This document shows, piece after piece, positions 50,868 through 60,461 of a DNA stretch of 64,000 nucleotides. Source of the stretch: Podarcis liolepis (taxonomy: Eukaryota). The stretch's first letter is position 1. Each line of letters starts with the position of its first letter. A program made the translations under genes and the position numbers. The stretch lies in assembly GCA_965112155.1 (NCBI GenBank), contig OZ218100.1. The stretch is one strand, 5' to 3'. Under the pieces are notes generated by a model that was given only the letters and a program-made list of their open reading frames with translations, was not told the origin of the DNA and ran no database searches.

Positions 50868-53800
50868 TGTATAAATAATTTCTTTTTCTTGGAGACTAAG
50901 ATAGTGCATGATCATATCAGATGCCAACCTGAAATCTGGGTCAAATGAATTTAGAGACATTCCCAGAATTTTGAGCCATGACAGGTGAATGAAGATAGCT
51001 TATAACATTGTAGAGCTGCTTGAATCAAACATCTTGTTTTGTGACCATGGCATATTGCCTATGCAACTAGTTTGCAGTTTGCATGACAGCAAGAAGGTTA
51101 AATATCTTCTTAGCACCGAGTTTCATTAATACCCATTGTATATCTAGCAAATTGCAGATCTGGAGCCTTAATGTCTGTAGGCTTTGCCATCTTGCCAAAA
51201 CGAGCTTTCTAGAAACATGTCATAGCTCTATGTGCCAGCTGAAGAATATTAATGATTACCACTACATGTAAAACCAGCAGACAGAATCTGCTTTCTGTAG
51301 CATTCCAGTATCCCAGAGCTCTGTTTGTCTTTTCTTTTTCATTTCCTTAGCAAGCCTACAAAGTTATATAAACATAACTAATCCCCAGAGGACATGATGG
51401 AAAATTCAGTTTTATGCTGTTGGGTTACATTAGAGCACAAAACTGAACTGTGTGCGACCAACAGTCAGTCAGGTGGACAAAAATCCTGTGAAATTAAATA
51501 AACAGGAAGGTAGCATGGTACTATATAAAAAGGGGTGCTGGCAGATCAAGACGAAGGTCTATGAGCATACCTTACAGGATTGGTGCTTCCAGATTGTTGG
51601 TAAATTCAGGTGGAATTCATTCACATGCCAGCAAATTCAGGGCTCCCAATTATAGTGGGTTGGGAGGTCTTGTGCAAAAACCTGCTTCCCCCGAAGACTG
51701 GACTTTTTTCAATAAGGAAAGTGATGGGGAGATATACTAGAAAATGTGGAATAACACTGACTCTGATACAACATCAGCTCCCCTCAAACAAATCAGGATG
51801 GGTGCTTGTTACTCAGGATGTCCGAAAGCAACCACTTTGCCTAAGGTTATTCATGGCACATTCAGTTTGACCATTGCTTCTTTGGGTTTCTTGCTCTCTC
51901 TCTACTTTGATTGGTAATAATGAAGGCTTCCCATCTACTGTTCCTCATCTGGGACAGTGACTGTAACATGCTGAGAAGTAAAAAGGGGAGGAAACCAGAA
52001 TGAGTTAGGAATAAAGTTGAAAGCATTGGTACTCAAACCAGCCTAGTGCTATACAGTAGTTAACATTCCTTTTAAATATTCCTACCTTTTCTCTCTTTCA
52101 TCTAAAAACAGAAAAGAATGAAGAAGAGGAACAAGAAGCTAAAAGAGAATTGAAGCGCAGTCTCAGCAGAAAGGTACGCAAAATGTCTTCTGTAACCCAG
52201 AGATTTCCAAACCGTGTGTCATGCTTGACACGTTGGTGTGTCGACTGCTGTGTGTAGGTGTGCTGTGCGAACGCTCCCCATGCTCCTCCCGGGGCTGGAA
52301 CGGGAGCTGGTAGTCCACTGGTTTTCTAGGAAAACTGAATTACTGTGTCGTGGAATGATGCATGTCTAAATAATGTGTCACCAACATGAAAAGTTGGGTA
52401 CCCTGATAGCAAATTGGGTGCTGCTTATCTGCAGGGTGTGTCTTTTCCAACATTAGTCCTTGCTCTGCTTTCCTTTGGTTTGTTCACCTAGCCTTCTTTT
52501 ACAGCTCAGTCTGAGACCAACAGTGGCTGAGCTGCAAGCAAGAAGAATCCTGCGTTTTAATGAGTATGTGGAAGTAACAGATTCTCCAGATTATGATCGT
52601 CGTGCTGACAAGCCCTGGGCAAGGTTAACCCCTGCAGACAAGGCAAGAGACAAATATGGATTATAAATGCAACTTTGTTTCTGTATCTCAGAAATTTTCT
52701 TTGTCCTTATATTTTCCGGCAGAAACTTCTGCTAATTCCTGCAGCAGAGGTTGCTTCCAAATATATGTATGTACCCATGGATAGCGCACATCCATCTAGA
52801 AGGAAAAATACGCCGACCAGATGTAGTGGTCCAGTTTTCTCCTTTGGCCCAGGGACTCTCCCTGTCAGGCGCTGGGAGTTCTCTTCAAGCCATATCCTCT
52901 CATCCTAGTCCCCAGCCCCAGCCTTATTTCACACCCTTCTTAGTGGAATGTTATCTTTGAGCTCCCTCAACTATTTTTTTTCTAGTTGGAGAATAAAGAG
53001 GAATGATTCAATGTGTGCAGAAATTAGTCTACTGTACAAAGGTAAACGTTGCTATCATTGCTCTGTCCACTTTTTCTTCTGGCCCTACACATCACTGGTG
53101 GGGAATGTACCCCCAGAATGTTGCCTAGAAGGGAATGCAGCCCTGCAGCTGAAAAATATTCCCTACTATTGCTTTAAAGCAGGCATAGGCAAACTCGGCC
53201 CTCCAGATGTTTTGGGACTACAATTCCCATCATCCCTGACCACTGGTCCTGTTAGCTAGGGATGATGGGAGTTGTAGTCCCAAAACATCTGGAGGGCCGA
53301 GTTTGCCTATGCCTGCTTTAAACCATAGCTCAAGGTGCCTGCAGCCTTCATTCCTCTCCCGCATCTTCCAGCATTCCAGGGAGGAAATTCATGCTACTAA
53401 GTTTGGAACTAGGCAGCCTGGCATCTCTACCTCCACTTCCTCTCCCCACACCTAATGTTCAGTAACATAAAACTCATGGTGTGACGTCGCCATGTTGCAA
53501 GTTTCCAGTGCCTTGCTCCACTTCATTCTCTGACAGTTTCGCATTACTGAACATCACCGTCAGAAAAGGGAGAATGTAAATTCTATTTAGGTGCTGATAC
53601 CTAAACCCCACAGCTTTTAATCACCATGTTGCACCCACTTGGCCCCACTAGGTATTGGGTTGTGAGTAAGGTCTTTTACCTTTAACATATGCAACTCTAT
53701 ACATGTAAGGCCTGTATATGTGGTTAGAAACCCTGGTCGGGTCAAGGTTCCCAATCACACATGACTGTATTGAGGGGAATATGAGAAGAGGTCTCTAATT

Positions 53801-55187
53801 CTGGCCTAATATTTCTAAAGTAGGAGATATCTCTTCTGGTACTTAACACTTCATTCGCTATTGCATAACTCTTATGCTTCAACATCACTATGAGAATTAA
53901 GCAAGATAATCCTCTTCTGAAACAGGAGACTGCGGTTAGAGATATATCATTGTGGTGACACAGCATAATAATTGTTTCATGCTGCAATTCTGTCCTGCAT
54001 TGAAAGATTTCTACTTCTAATGAGATGCCTTTTATAAAGGATTATTGAGAGATATTAATGGTGTTTTCAAAAAACAAAATGCAAGCATAGAGTAGCTATG
54101 ACCTTCATGGAGCGATGGGGGTGAAAGGCAGTGATTATCATAAAAGTATTTGTGGTAATAGCTGTACGCAGATAGCTAGCCTTTTTAGAAAATTACTATG
54201 GAATAAATGAAGAGATAGCAAAGTGATTAGTCTTTCTTTTTATATGTCAACTCTCATTACCAATGTAAAGTACACTGAATGGCTACTTTGCTTTTTAATA
54301 ATCTGCCACATGAAAACAAAGGCCTAGAATGTCCAAATATTTCACCTGATGTTACAGAAAACTGAAATAGAAGCTAATTTCTAGACAGGAAGCATTAGTC
54401 ATCTTACATGCCTCATATCTTGTCCTCCGTCAAGAAAGGCAGGAATCCTGCAGTTCTTTGCAATTGCTATGCATGAAGTCTAGTCATCCACTAGACTAGA
54501 ACTGTATTCTGCTATAATCACTTTGTGGATGCCCATTAAACAGGTGGTTGGTTCCCTTTCTGTCTCTACCGCTGCAAGACCTCTATTCCCAGCACTCTTT
54601 GTAGCTAGAGCCATTTTCTATTGGAATTATCTTATGAACCATAAATACTGTTTTAGATAAAGAAGATGGGAAGAAAAAAAATTGACTTTGAGCTGAGACA
54701 ACATAGCAGGGCCTTGTATGTCATTTCCTGTGTCTTGTGAAACACACCTAAGAATGTAGGTGTGCTGAGGTTGTGAGAGCAGTATTTGTGTATTGTAAAA
54801 GAACTGACATAAGAGCAAGATCATCAAACACTACCATGTAAGTGGAACGTGTGAAGTAGCCCTGAATTGCAGCTATTCAGCAACAAGTCCATAGATGTAA
54901 AATCTAAAGTGGGGTTTGGGGGTCTCTTTCTGGATTAGGTCTTGGATTTCACCTGTCGGTTTGGGGGTGGGTCTGTCTTTTTAGTTACACTTAAAACATC
55001 ATGGTGTACAATTTTACATGGTACAATATTCATACTGACTAAATATGGGGTTGCACTGAGATATGAAGAGAACAGAAGTTTAACTGTATATGTTATGACA
55101 TAAAAATGGGCTAGACACAAAATAATATTTTGCTCTTTCCAGAATGGTGAATACATTACATAAAATATATATTCATTACATTATTAC

Positions 55188-55228
<41 letters not shown>

Positions 55229-57440
55229 TCTTATCTCATACTTTGTTTTTTAAACTAGGCAGCAATAAGGAAAGAATTAAATGAATTTAAAAGCACCGAA
55301 ATGGAAGTACATGAAGAGAGTCGGCAGTTTACAAGGTAAGGAAACTTGGGGGTTCAACCCCAGATTGAAATACAAACCCCCAGATTGTATTTCAATTTTC
55401 AGAAGCAATATTTTCTGATACCTTACAAGGTTCCTTATATACCAGGTTTACAACCTGTGGTTCACCTTGTTGAACACAGGCTATTAGCAATATGTTATAG
55501 CCTGCCTGGTGCTTGAACACACACACCCTTGTGAAGTCTCAGGTAGGCATGAAAAGCAGCTTATTGAGTCCCTCACACCCTGCCACATATGGCTGCCAGG
55601 TGACATTTGTTTTAAAAGGTCATCATGCAAGTATGTCATTTGCCATTGTTTGAAAATAATGATCTTTTAAGTGTGGAAGGATTTCTAGATCTGGCCCTGA
55701 TGCAGCAAAAACCCACACCTCAGCCTAGTCCTTGATTTCTTGGTACAAAGATTGTGGCAATGGGGCTTGAGGTAAGGGCTACCTGCACAGTGTCCTCCTT
55801 GTCTTGGCAGAAATTATTACACACAACCAGGAACATGGATAACTTTTTTATGATTTTATGAGCTATCAGCATCCTGGCAAAGTTCACCTGCTTTGTTTCA
55901 CTTCTTTTCCTGACAAATAAAAGCCAGCTTTATAGCTTTGCCTTTATCTACAGTTTTTTGTCCCTGCCTCTGCTTTCACTGATGTAACACATACAAACTT
56001 CACTTAAAGCTGGGGCAGGGGAGGGCTTGTGTTGGGTTGGGGAGAACCCTTCAGAAATTTCTGGCTGTAGTTATCTTTTCGGAATGAATAGCTTATTTGA
56101 ATATAGCAACAGCAGAGCCCATTATGAAGAGGGAAGTTGATCATGTCTGGCCTGCCATACTGCCTTGTCCAACTGTGCTCTGTGCACCATTACAGTCATA
56201 CCATGGTTCTCAAACTTAATTCATTCCGGGAGTCCGTTCGACTCCCCAAACCGCTCAAAAACTAAGGTGCAGCTTCCGGTTGGCTGCAGGAGCTTCCTGC
56301 ACTCAATCGGAAGCCACGTTGGATGTTTGGCTTCCAAAAAACGTTCACAAACTGGAACACACACTTCTGGGTTTGTGGCGTTTGGGAGCCAAAACGTATG
56401 AGCACCAAGGCGTTCGAGAACCAAGGTACGGCCGTACTTAGCACATAGGGCTGCAGCATTAACTCTGTACCAGTAGTAGGCAAGTTGCATTTTGGAATGC
56501 TAGCTTCATTCTGCTGCTTTTCAGCATATTTCTTTGGCACATGAACAATTTTGCACATTGCTGTAACTTTCAGTGGTGGCTGATACTGGCATACCACCCG
56601 TTCAGTTTGTTTTTCCAGTGGGGCATGCCGAGTCACTATGTGCTAAATGTCTCAAATAAATGCATAAAATATACTAAAGACAGGAGAAGATTCTAAATAC
56701 CTTACAAAGTGGTTCCTCTGATGGACTGCTTTAAATGTAGGCATTACAGAAGCCCATGTTGTCTGTGTTTCTGAGAGTGGCTTCTGACATGATCAAAGCA
56801 CAAGGTTTTTGCACCTCCTGTTCCCTAAACATTGCTTTTCTTTCCAACTCATGCAGCAAGGCAAAAAGCTCTATTTCTAGTATGTAAGAGACAGGAAATG
56901 CAAAGTACTTTCTCCCCCATCTCCAAAGCAATTGCCAATCCCCTAATTTAAAGTAATAGGCAAAGTGGGAAGGCATCCTGCTGTTAAATTAAAAAGGATT
57001 ACCAAACCATTCTAAATGTAATCTAAATAAAGGATTGTCATCAACATCTCTTCCCCTGAGTTTTAAGAGGTCAAAATTAATCACAAGTTTTAAGCCTTCT
57101 GTCTTCCACAAATGTCCATTCAACTTTCATCCTTTCAATCTCTGTAATTATTAGAACGTTATTCCAGATCCAGCAGCTCCCAGAGAGCCAAGAAGCAAGC
57201 GTTTACATTGTCAGTCATGGAGATTTAAACATTTAGCAGGCATTTTATATCCATGTTGCTCAGTTCAGTCTTAAACAAGCTTGAAATGCAGATTCAAGTC
57301 ATATACAAAGAAAACAGAATTTGAATGTTTTGGCTTTTACAGATATTTGGACCCATGCTAAATCTCCAGGAACAGGGAGAGAGATTTTGAAAAAAAGGCT
57401 TATTTTTCTTTTTATCTACTGCAGGTTTCACCGTCCATAA
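19649..57440 (+). CDS. PHACTR2: Phosphatase and actin regulator 2; 12 coding exons in the window, first (ATG) exon not located
   Basis: Spliced exons translate as (V)[13 protein letters not shown]...[22 protein letters not shown]...[20 protein letters not shown] (RPEL1)...three C-terminal RPELs...[11 protein letters not shown]...RQFTRFHRP*, matching recalled human PHACTR2. Exon lengths sum to 1898 nt with consistent phases. LTV1 lies downstream as in mammals. Confidence 0.96.
22440..22655 (-). mobile_element. Old tRNA-derived SINE (related copy near 19890-20080)
   Basis: Shared GGCCAAGT.GGGATTTG.AC.C.GGTC B-box-like core and AT-rich tail in both copies. Confidence 0.55.
27335..27593. mobile_element. 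Tc1/mariner-type MITE with internal long hairpin
   Basis: TIR CCGTATTTTTTGCTCTATAAGAC / GTCTTATAGAGCGAAAAATATGG; TA flanks. Confidence 0.8.
29125..29205 (+). CDS. PHACTR2: PHACTR2 coding exon (81 bp), N-terminal RPEL motif
   Basis: Polypyrimidine tract plus AG; [26 protein letters not shown]; GT donor at 29206. Confidence 0.95.
29417..29496 (-). mobile_element. 80-bp 5'-truncated retroposon insertion, probably Penelope-like
   Basis: 11-bp direct repeat TAATTCAGTCT at 29406-29416 and 29497-29507; internal palindrome GTGTGCATGCACAC followed by GAAAGCTC. Confidence 0.55.
29730..29930 (+). mobile_element. Degenerate CR1 ORF2 fragment
   Basis: [14 protein letters not shown]...[22 protein letters not shown], a typical CR1 motif. 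Confidence 0.7.
30025..30239. mobile_element. Tc1/mariner MITE, same family, opposite orientation
   Basis: Same TIR and TA flanks; internal sequence is the reverse complement of the 17507 copy. Confidence 0.82.
30427..30588 (+). CDS. PHACTR2: PHACTR2 coding exon (162 bp)
   Basis: tttcag acceptor; [14 protein letters not shown]...DGKK; gtaatt donor. Confidence 0.92.
34268..34418 (+). mobile_element. tRNA-Lys(CTT)-derived SINE with CR1-type 3' tail
   Basis: Degenerate match to tRNA-Lys (GGCTAGCT.AGTC.GTAGAGCATGAGA.TCTTAATC.CAGGGT.GTGGGTT.GAGCCCCAC), then GACTAGATGA...CCTTCCAAC...ATGATTCT. Confidence 0.75.
35481..35717 (+). CDS. PHACTR2: PHACTR2 coding exon (237 bp), Pro/Lys-rich
   Basis: catag acceptor; KPLPKGSE...[14 protein letters not shown]...NREA; gtgagt donor. 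Confidence 0.9.
38026..38575 (+). CDS. PHACTR2: PHACTR2 coding exon (550 bp), Ser/Pro-rich
   Basis: tttcag acceptor; SSSHVKK...[12 protein letters not shown]...; gtaaga donor; phase fits the next exon. Confidence 0.9.
39360..39394 (+). repeat. (TA)n microsatellite
   Basis: Direct reading. Confidence 0.95.
39512..40303 (-). repeat. 3' LTR (792 bp)
   Basis: Direct repeat of 45342-46133, preceded by the PPT; minus-strand AATAAA at 39580-39585. Confidence 0.96.
39637..44322 (-). CDS. pol: Pol polyprotein (aspartic protease, RT, RNase H, integrase, chromodomain, long acidic tail), predicted to be made as Gag-Pol by -1 frameshift near 44238
   Basis: IDSGS protease motif; [15 protein letters not shown] and FLDD in RT; TDASD, RELLA, TDHKNL and ADALSR in RNase H; [23 protein letters not shown] and GPY in integrase; no internal stops. 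Confidence 0.95.
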   Translation of the reverse strand: MSPEAPQAHCSLSNGDCSNTARRTTAGKRGCLAGGRGTGAQPDVLVTQSPEILQPVNPLPPKPVVRLTASLQLPNGITMDVPITIDSGSNADFIGQDFVDRHAVQLLPATLPLQVVTVDGRELLGGQVVKQTPPMVMRLGNHREIISFNVTQLSDTPIVLGMSWLDKHSPAMAWYQRQLTFGSSFCAEHCIVPRQEGEEEESQLLLGTLQAIPHKYAEFLEVFCEKEADRLPPHRPYDCKIDLLPGAALPKGKLYSMSEDELQELKAFIDHNLQRGFIRESRAVGGSPVFFVKKRNTPQKRLVVDYRILNSLTRPSDFPMPRIDDLLAKVRKGRVFTKLDLRGAYNLIRMREGDEWKTAMFTPLGTYEYRVMPFGLQNGSHVFQAFMHHVLAGLLYKTCVCFLDDILIFSESRQEHDGHVKEVLSRLKQHRLYAKLEKCQFDVPEVDFLGYKLSDKGLAMDSAKVRAVLDWKSPRNRKEVQRFVGFANFYRKFIKGFAMQTAAITDTLSSKKKKFVWTEQAEQSFQALKRLFASEEQLLHVNPSKPMRVETDASDRAVGAVLLQKDPQGVWRPGAFYSRKLSKSEQNYTIWDRELLAIHAAFKAWRHFLIGAKHTVQVCTDHKNLEHWRTAQFLNQRQIRWAEFFANFDFRIEYVPGDTNIMADALSRKPQYLEDATPAAAMHIFAPTVWACAAATVDLEAVRRALQGDSFAQAKMAEVQRGKAAADGFQLRDGLLIRKGAIYVPGDELRAKVLQQLHDAPTAGHFGKEKTVELVARDFWWPGMRGEVADYVARCDTCQRAKPVHKPPAGLLEPLQTPVEPWERVALDFVTDLPSSRGKTAVLVVVDLFSKMAHFIPCAKVATAEQTAKLFIDHVFKVHGLPRSILSDRGRQFISNFWQKLMGFLNVKINLASARHPQTNGQAERVNAIMQQYLRCYANQQPATWVDYLPLAEFAYNNTKHVSTGVTPFFANNGRHPRTFPGLERMGEGEPQTADAFASELQEVHDQLRRHLELAKHAYKVQADKHRRVGEELHVGDWVWLAAHAVPARSLAKKKLGHKQLGPYQVEEQVNPVAFRLALPEGSRMHPVFHRSVLTPYKAPHRFQEPGTVPSPARDRTGHAGVAQKERINEVTEILDSRWGEEGVEYFLAKEGTPASANSWVPGYALDEPLLKDEFHALFPHRPMPADFFDDWLFTPTLSASTFRGFDSDEEPTRDVRSPEGSPSGSASEPSYWWDDRPEEQWRRRWLEGPGRATPTGGSEGETDMDVFGDDPGFEHGGTEMEAEVTVVDESREEDPGDFRWRPDTGSDRYPTFVPLQQQPPAPAPEGGEGGMGGFEGGMDVRGLGAEARAREETESEGEEAEEKMSDDDDPRSPSLSSESEDSQKGAPVARARGESRGAPQEDRAREDSGGSSWKSGPASPPGSREEEGSQGGSAGSSPQEGGHESGVATPPQEGGHESGVATPPSGSEETVERKVEGWARAPSSNAEEGGAVSSPEREPGPKARRKEAGGSGSASEESRKEEAPGGRGTQRRTVRRKRWSKARILSWCTQGGDSDGASPT
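39928..40008. repeat. 39-bp tandem duplication in U3 (also at 45758-45838)
   Basis: TGGAGGTGTGGCCACTCCYGACTCATGTCCTCCCTCCTG twice; encodes [13 protein letters not shown] twice in the Pol frame. Confidence 0.9.
40304..40318 (-). promoter_or_regulatory. Polypurine tract
   Basis: Minus strand GAGGGGGGGATGGA directly abuts the TGTCA start of the 3' LTR. Confidence 0.85.
44172..44244 (-). promoter_or_regulatory. -1 ribosomal frameshift signal (G GGA AAC plus pseudoknot)
   Basis: Heptamer at 44244-44238 in the correct gag phase; 6-nt spacer; 10-bp stem 44231-44222/44203-44194; second stem CTGGGG/CCCCAG. Confidence 0.85.
44187..45251 (-). CDS. gag: Gag (coiled coil, capsid, CCHC zinc knuckle), 354 aa
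   Basis: ATG-initiated ORF; MHR-like [15 protein letters not shown]; [14 protein letters not shown] = CX2CX4HX4C. Confidence 0.93.
   Translation of the reverse strand: MTAEQQIEELRNAVAQLNAEALASRKREEEAAAACRDLQVRLDVLTKQTPRQEGIGLARRTGGLVSHFDGNLQQYPNFRADVLCALQLLHKDFRDEQERVGFIMSHLHGDARAWLRNLWRDKDPVLQNADAFIKAMDGCFLSSIDVDLARKEVHGLRQGRASVRQYHARFFALVSALEWGRDSAPVRDLFWEGLHNSIKDEIARGERPRTTQEVVQRALAVGVRLEGRPWNRDEGRGGREPAGGPSFFPREAARAQSTPPPGGGTEPMEVGGARAQSAARALAPAAVKAKPPRGNRKCYVCEEPGHMAKECPQRPHKLTAASAMVTAATQQGGPQQGNEAVWLEEEALGPSQTC
45329..45339 (-). promoter_or_regulatory. Self-priming primer-binding site (AAGCTCCGTCT)
   Basis: 2 nt inside the 5' LTR end; lacks the TGG start of a tRNA PBS; perfectly complementary to LTR 45488-45478. 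Confidence 0.82.
45342..46133 (-). repeat. 5' LTR (792 bp)
   Basis: Direct repeat of 39512-40303; TATA-like ATATTAA near 45514-45520 and AATAAA at 45410-45415, both on the minus strand. Confidence 0.96.
47340..47533 (+). CDS. PHACTR2: PHACTR2 coding exon (194 bp), acidic tract
   Basis: ctacag acceptor; SVTKEDQE...[24 protein letters not shown]; gtaagc donor. Confidence 0.92.
48511..48855 (+). mobile_element. Sauria SINE, full length
   Basis: Perfect 13-bp TSD TAATGCTTTATTG at 48498-48510 and 48856-48868. Confidence 0.9.
49627..49783 (+). CDS. PHACTR2: PHACTR2 coding exon (157 bp), RPEL2
   Basis: cccag acceptor; [31 protein letters not shown]...GTKLV; GT donor. Confidence 0.95.
50758..50813 (+). 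CDS. PHACTR2: PHACTR2 coding exon (56 bp), RPEL3
   Basis: ttgcag acceptor; [18 protein letters not shown]; gtaagc donor. Confidence 0.95.
50826..50866 (+). repeat. (TG)n microsatellite
   Basis: Direct reading. Confidence 0.95.
52112..52173 (+). CDS. PHACTR2: PHACTR2 coding exon (62 bp)
   Basis: aacag acceptor; [20 protein letters not shown]; gtacgc donor. Confidence 0.93.
52505..52642 (+). CDS. PHACTR2: PHACTR2 coding exon (138 bp), RPEL4 and PP1-binding region; GC donor
   Basis: ttacag acceptor; [46 protein letters not shown]; donor AAG|GCAAG. Confidence 0.93.
53180..53315. mobile_element. Palindromic hAT MITE (136 bp)
   Basis: Near-perfect ~57-bp inverted arms CAGGCATAGGCAAAC...; TSD CTTTAAAG/CTTTAAAC. 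Confidence 0.85.
55190..55226 (+). repeat. (TG)n microsatellite
   Basis: Direct reading. Confidence 0.95.
55259..55335 (+). CDS. PHACTR2: PHACTR2 coding exon (77 bp)
   Basis: ctag acceptor; [25 protein letters not shown]; gtaagg donor. Confidence 0.95.
56193..56434. mobile_element. Tc1/mariner-type MITE (related family)
   Basis: Imperfect ~23-bp TIR CAGTCATACCATGGTTCTCAAAC / GTTCGAGAACCAAGGTACGGCCG; TA flanks. Confidence 0.65.
57425..57440 (+). CDS. PHACTR2: PHACTR2 last coding exon (FHRP*)
   Basis: tgcag acceptor; g TTT CAC CGT CCA TAA, the conserved PHACTR C-terminus. Confidence 0.93.
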
Positions 57441-58859
57441 GTGTTTGAAAATATCCTGCAATCCAGACACAAACTTCCAACATGGGGAGAGCACAGCATC
57501 TCAAGAGTGCACTGCAACTGAAATGTCTGCAGCCGTTTAACCTGAAGTCATTGAACAATGTGGCCTCCACATTTGACAAAAGTGATGAATCTAAGAGAGA
57601 TCCTGGAAGGAATGTGAAAGCAGTTGCATAATAAGAGAGGAAATGGTATTGAGGTCATCTTATTCAGAGTAAATTATACCTTTTTTTGGCTAGGGAAAAA
57701 AAAGAACTGAGGCTAATTGTTGCCAGGAAGTAGTAAGAATCCACTTTCATGTAGGCTAGAAACAGACAGAAGAGAGTCCCTACCTGTCAGCCAATAGAAT
57801 AATGTTAGGGTGAAATTAACCTAATGCTATATGGGGGTATTGGATAACTTCTTAAAAGTGCAAATCCAAGAATGTGAGCAATTCTGTGTGTACCGTTCCA
57901 GAATCCTCAACTTTTCATAACCAAGTGGAGAATATAAAGTTCTCTCTTCATAAACAGGGCTTACAATAAAGTGCAGTGCCAGTGAATTTGCCAGTAATTA
58001 GTCCTAGCTGGATTCATAGGCTTTTAAATAATAATAATAATAAAATATGACTGTCATGCTTTTTAAAAGTGCATTGAGGCTACAATCTTGAGCAGAGCTG
58101 GGCAGTAGAAGGAGGTCAGAACTTTTGAGCGTGCAACTATGTCCAGGATTGCAACATAGTTTTGTTTTGTTTTAAGGAAAATCATGGTCCTCCATAATCA
58201 TGTACTAATTTGAGAAACATGTAGAGGAAGGACAATATGTGAAATTGTAATGAAAAGATGCAGATAGAAATGCCTTTTGAAAAATCTGGTTTTTGAAGTC
58301 GGGGCTGAATTGCTGACTTCTAGCCTTGCTTAGGCTGCGAGTCTTGACAATCAAATTCTGAAGCCAAACAGAAATGAAAGTGAACAATAAAGCAGTTTAG
58401 CAAGTAGTTTGGGTCTATTTTTTATCTTTATAGCTTCAGCTACATTAACAGATTCTTGGATCAGAGTACATAGTATAAGACCTAGAAGCTGTTCATCACT
58501 TGCCAAGACTTTCCCTCTAAACTGCACAGCCTCATGCTACTGCCGTGTGCCAGCACTCTCGTAGTTGGCCATTCCAGGGCAGAAAGAGCAGACATTTTTT
58601 GATAGACAACATCATTTGCTGGCCACAGAATATATGGGTATTACATTGCCTTTGTGTTTGGGACTATGGGCAGAGAATATTAGTATGGGCATGGCCCTTC
58701 CCTATGTGACCACTGTGTCCTCAAATGGGGGGTGGGGAGAACCTATTCCACATAACAGAGCCTTGTTTCTCCTCTTTTAACATTGTGTCAGGACAGTCTG
58801 AGGAATGAGGCTGCCTGTGCACATTTCTTACATCTTTGTCCAGCCTGCTTGATCGAGTT

Positions 58860-59002
58860 GAGGGGAAAGGGCTGGACAGTGAAGACAGATCTCAGGTCCT
58901 GCTTGTGGACTTGCCATAAGCATCTGGTTGGCCACTGTAGGAACAGGATGTTGTACTTGAGGGGCCATTGTTGTGATGCAGCCGGCTCGTCTTATGTTCT
59001 TA
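58860..59002 (+). mobile_element. CR1 3'-tail fragment within the presumed PHACTR2 3' UTR
   Basis: GCATCTGGTTGGCCACTGT..GAACAGGATG...CTTATGTTCTTA, similar to 1340-1441. Confidence 0.6.
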
Positions 59003-59468
59003 TCTCCCATTCCCTAAAAGGTATATCCATGTACCAAACGGGTGAAACCAGAGCTCTGTCATGCCCTTCAGGGATCTCTCAGCCAGTGGACTCTGTGCCT
59101 GTGTGGGGAAGGGTCGTTCCGTAGGTGTCCCTACAGCATCCCCATAAAGGACCTTGTGAAAATTATAGAAAGGCCTTGGAACCTACAGCCTGTATTTGTT
59201 GTGTGTTAATAATGCGAAGCAAATTGTCTACTTTTATACTATCTTGTAATTGTATTTGTGAATACATGTTTAGTTAAGGTTAAATAGTATACGGTGGTGA
59301 GAGAGGCAATATGTGCTTTATTATGTTGGCCCTGAGTATGTTGGCTTATTGTAAGCCTATGACATTGTTTACACTAAAAATTGTCTTATATTAGCACTTA
59401 TTTATCCTTTTAATGTGCACGGTGAAACTTCTGGGCCTGAAATACACAACGGCATGTATTGCAGTATT

Positions 59469-59471
<3 letters not shown>

Positions 59472-59513
<42 letters not shown>
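59472..59513 (+). repeat. (TA)n microsatellite
   Basis: Direct reading. Confidence 0.95.
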
Positions 59514-59515
<2 letters not shown>

Positions 59516-59612
59516 TATTTATCCTTTTTAATGTATGTACATACTACAATTTATTTTTGTCTATGTGCCCTGTTTAGTTCTTAATTATAAAAGATATGTA
59601 TTTTTTTCAGGC

Positions 59613-59618
59613 AATAAA
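59613..59618 (+). terminator. Candidate PHACTR2 polyadenylation signal (alternative AATAAA near 57965 and 58386)
   Basis: AATAAA after an AU-rich 3' UTR-like region, followed by T/GT-rich sequence; no transcript data. Confidence 0.4.
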
Positions 59619-60417
59619 TGGTCTCTGTCACTTAATTATTATTTTTTACCTCAACACTTGTATTGTATTCTTCTGGGTTAGCTTTAGTTATAAAAGTTAA
59701 GAACGTCCGACAGAGCAGTCCAGTATGTGTGTACTCTGACTTAAGCCCCACTGAGCTCAAAGGCACTTACAAGTAAGTTTATGTGGGATTGCAGCCAGAA
59801 ATCTTTAAAAAGTAGACACACAGTTAAGCTGGTAATATTGTATCATGTTCATTACTAATACATTTACATTTGCATTAAGTGCAGTGGGCTGTATTCCCCA
59901 CATCTCCAAAATAAAAAATAATTGTATTTCCAAGTCTTATCATATTGAGATACACATAGTTTCTAAATGTTGGGTAGGTGCACAGGGATATTGCTAACAA
60001 CTACTAATAACCTAATGAAACATCTGAATACCTTACATAGCAAAGAAAAATAATCAATATTGTTCTGTACCCTCATTGCCATCAGTTAAATGGGTTCAGA
60101 AATAAAGTGAAACTGTTCTGTCATGCTGCTGTATTATAACATATTATAATGAATAGGAGAAGTAAATTCAGCACTCCTATCTCTGTTACTGGTTGGAGAA
60201 CATGGTCTAAAGCTTGCTCCTCAGCTATGTGAGAGAAAAATGGTGATACCCTAATGGTTGTCATACTCTGAGTAGACGCACTGAAATCAAGTTAGTATTC
60301 TCTTGAGTATGGTTTAGTTGGATATTGCCCAGAGAAATTGGCACTGAAACTTCATACTGAAATCAGTTTTTGACCTCCCTACTTCTCTCTCCAAAATGCT
60401 TAGGTCACAACCTGGAG

Positions 60418-60424
60418 TCCGTCC

Positions 60425-60461
<37 letters not shown>

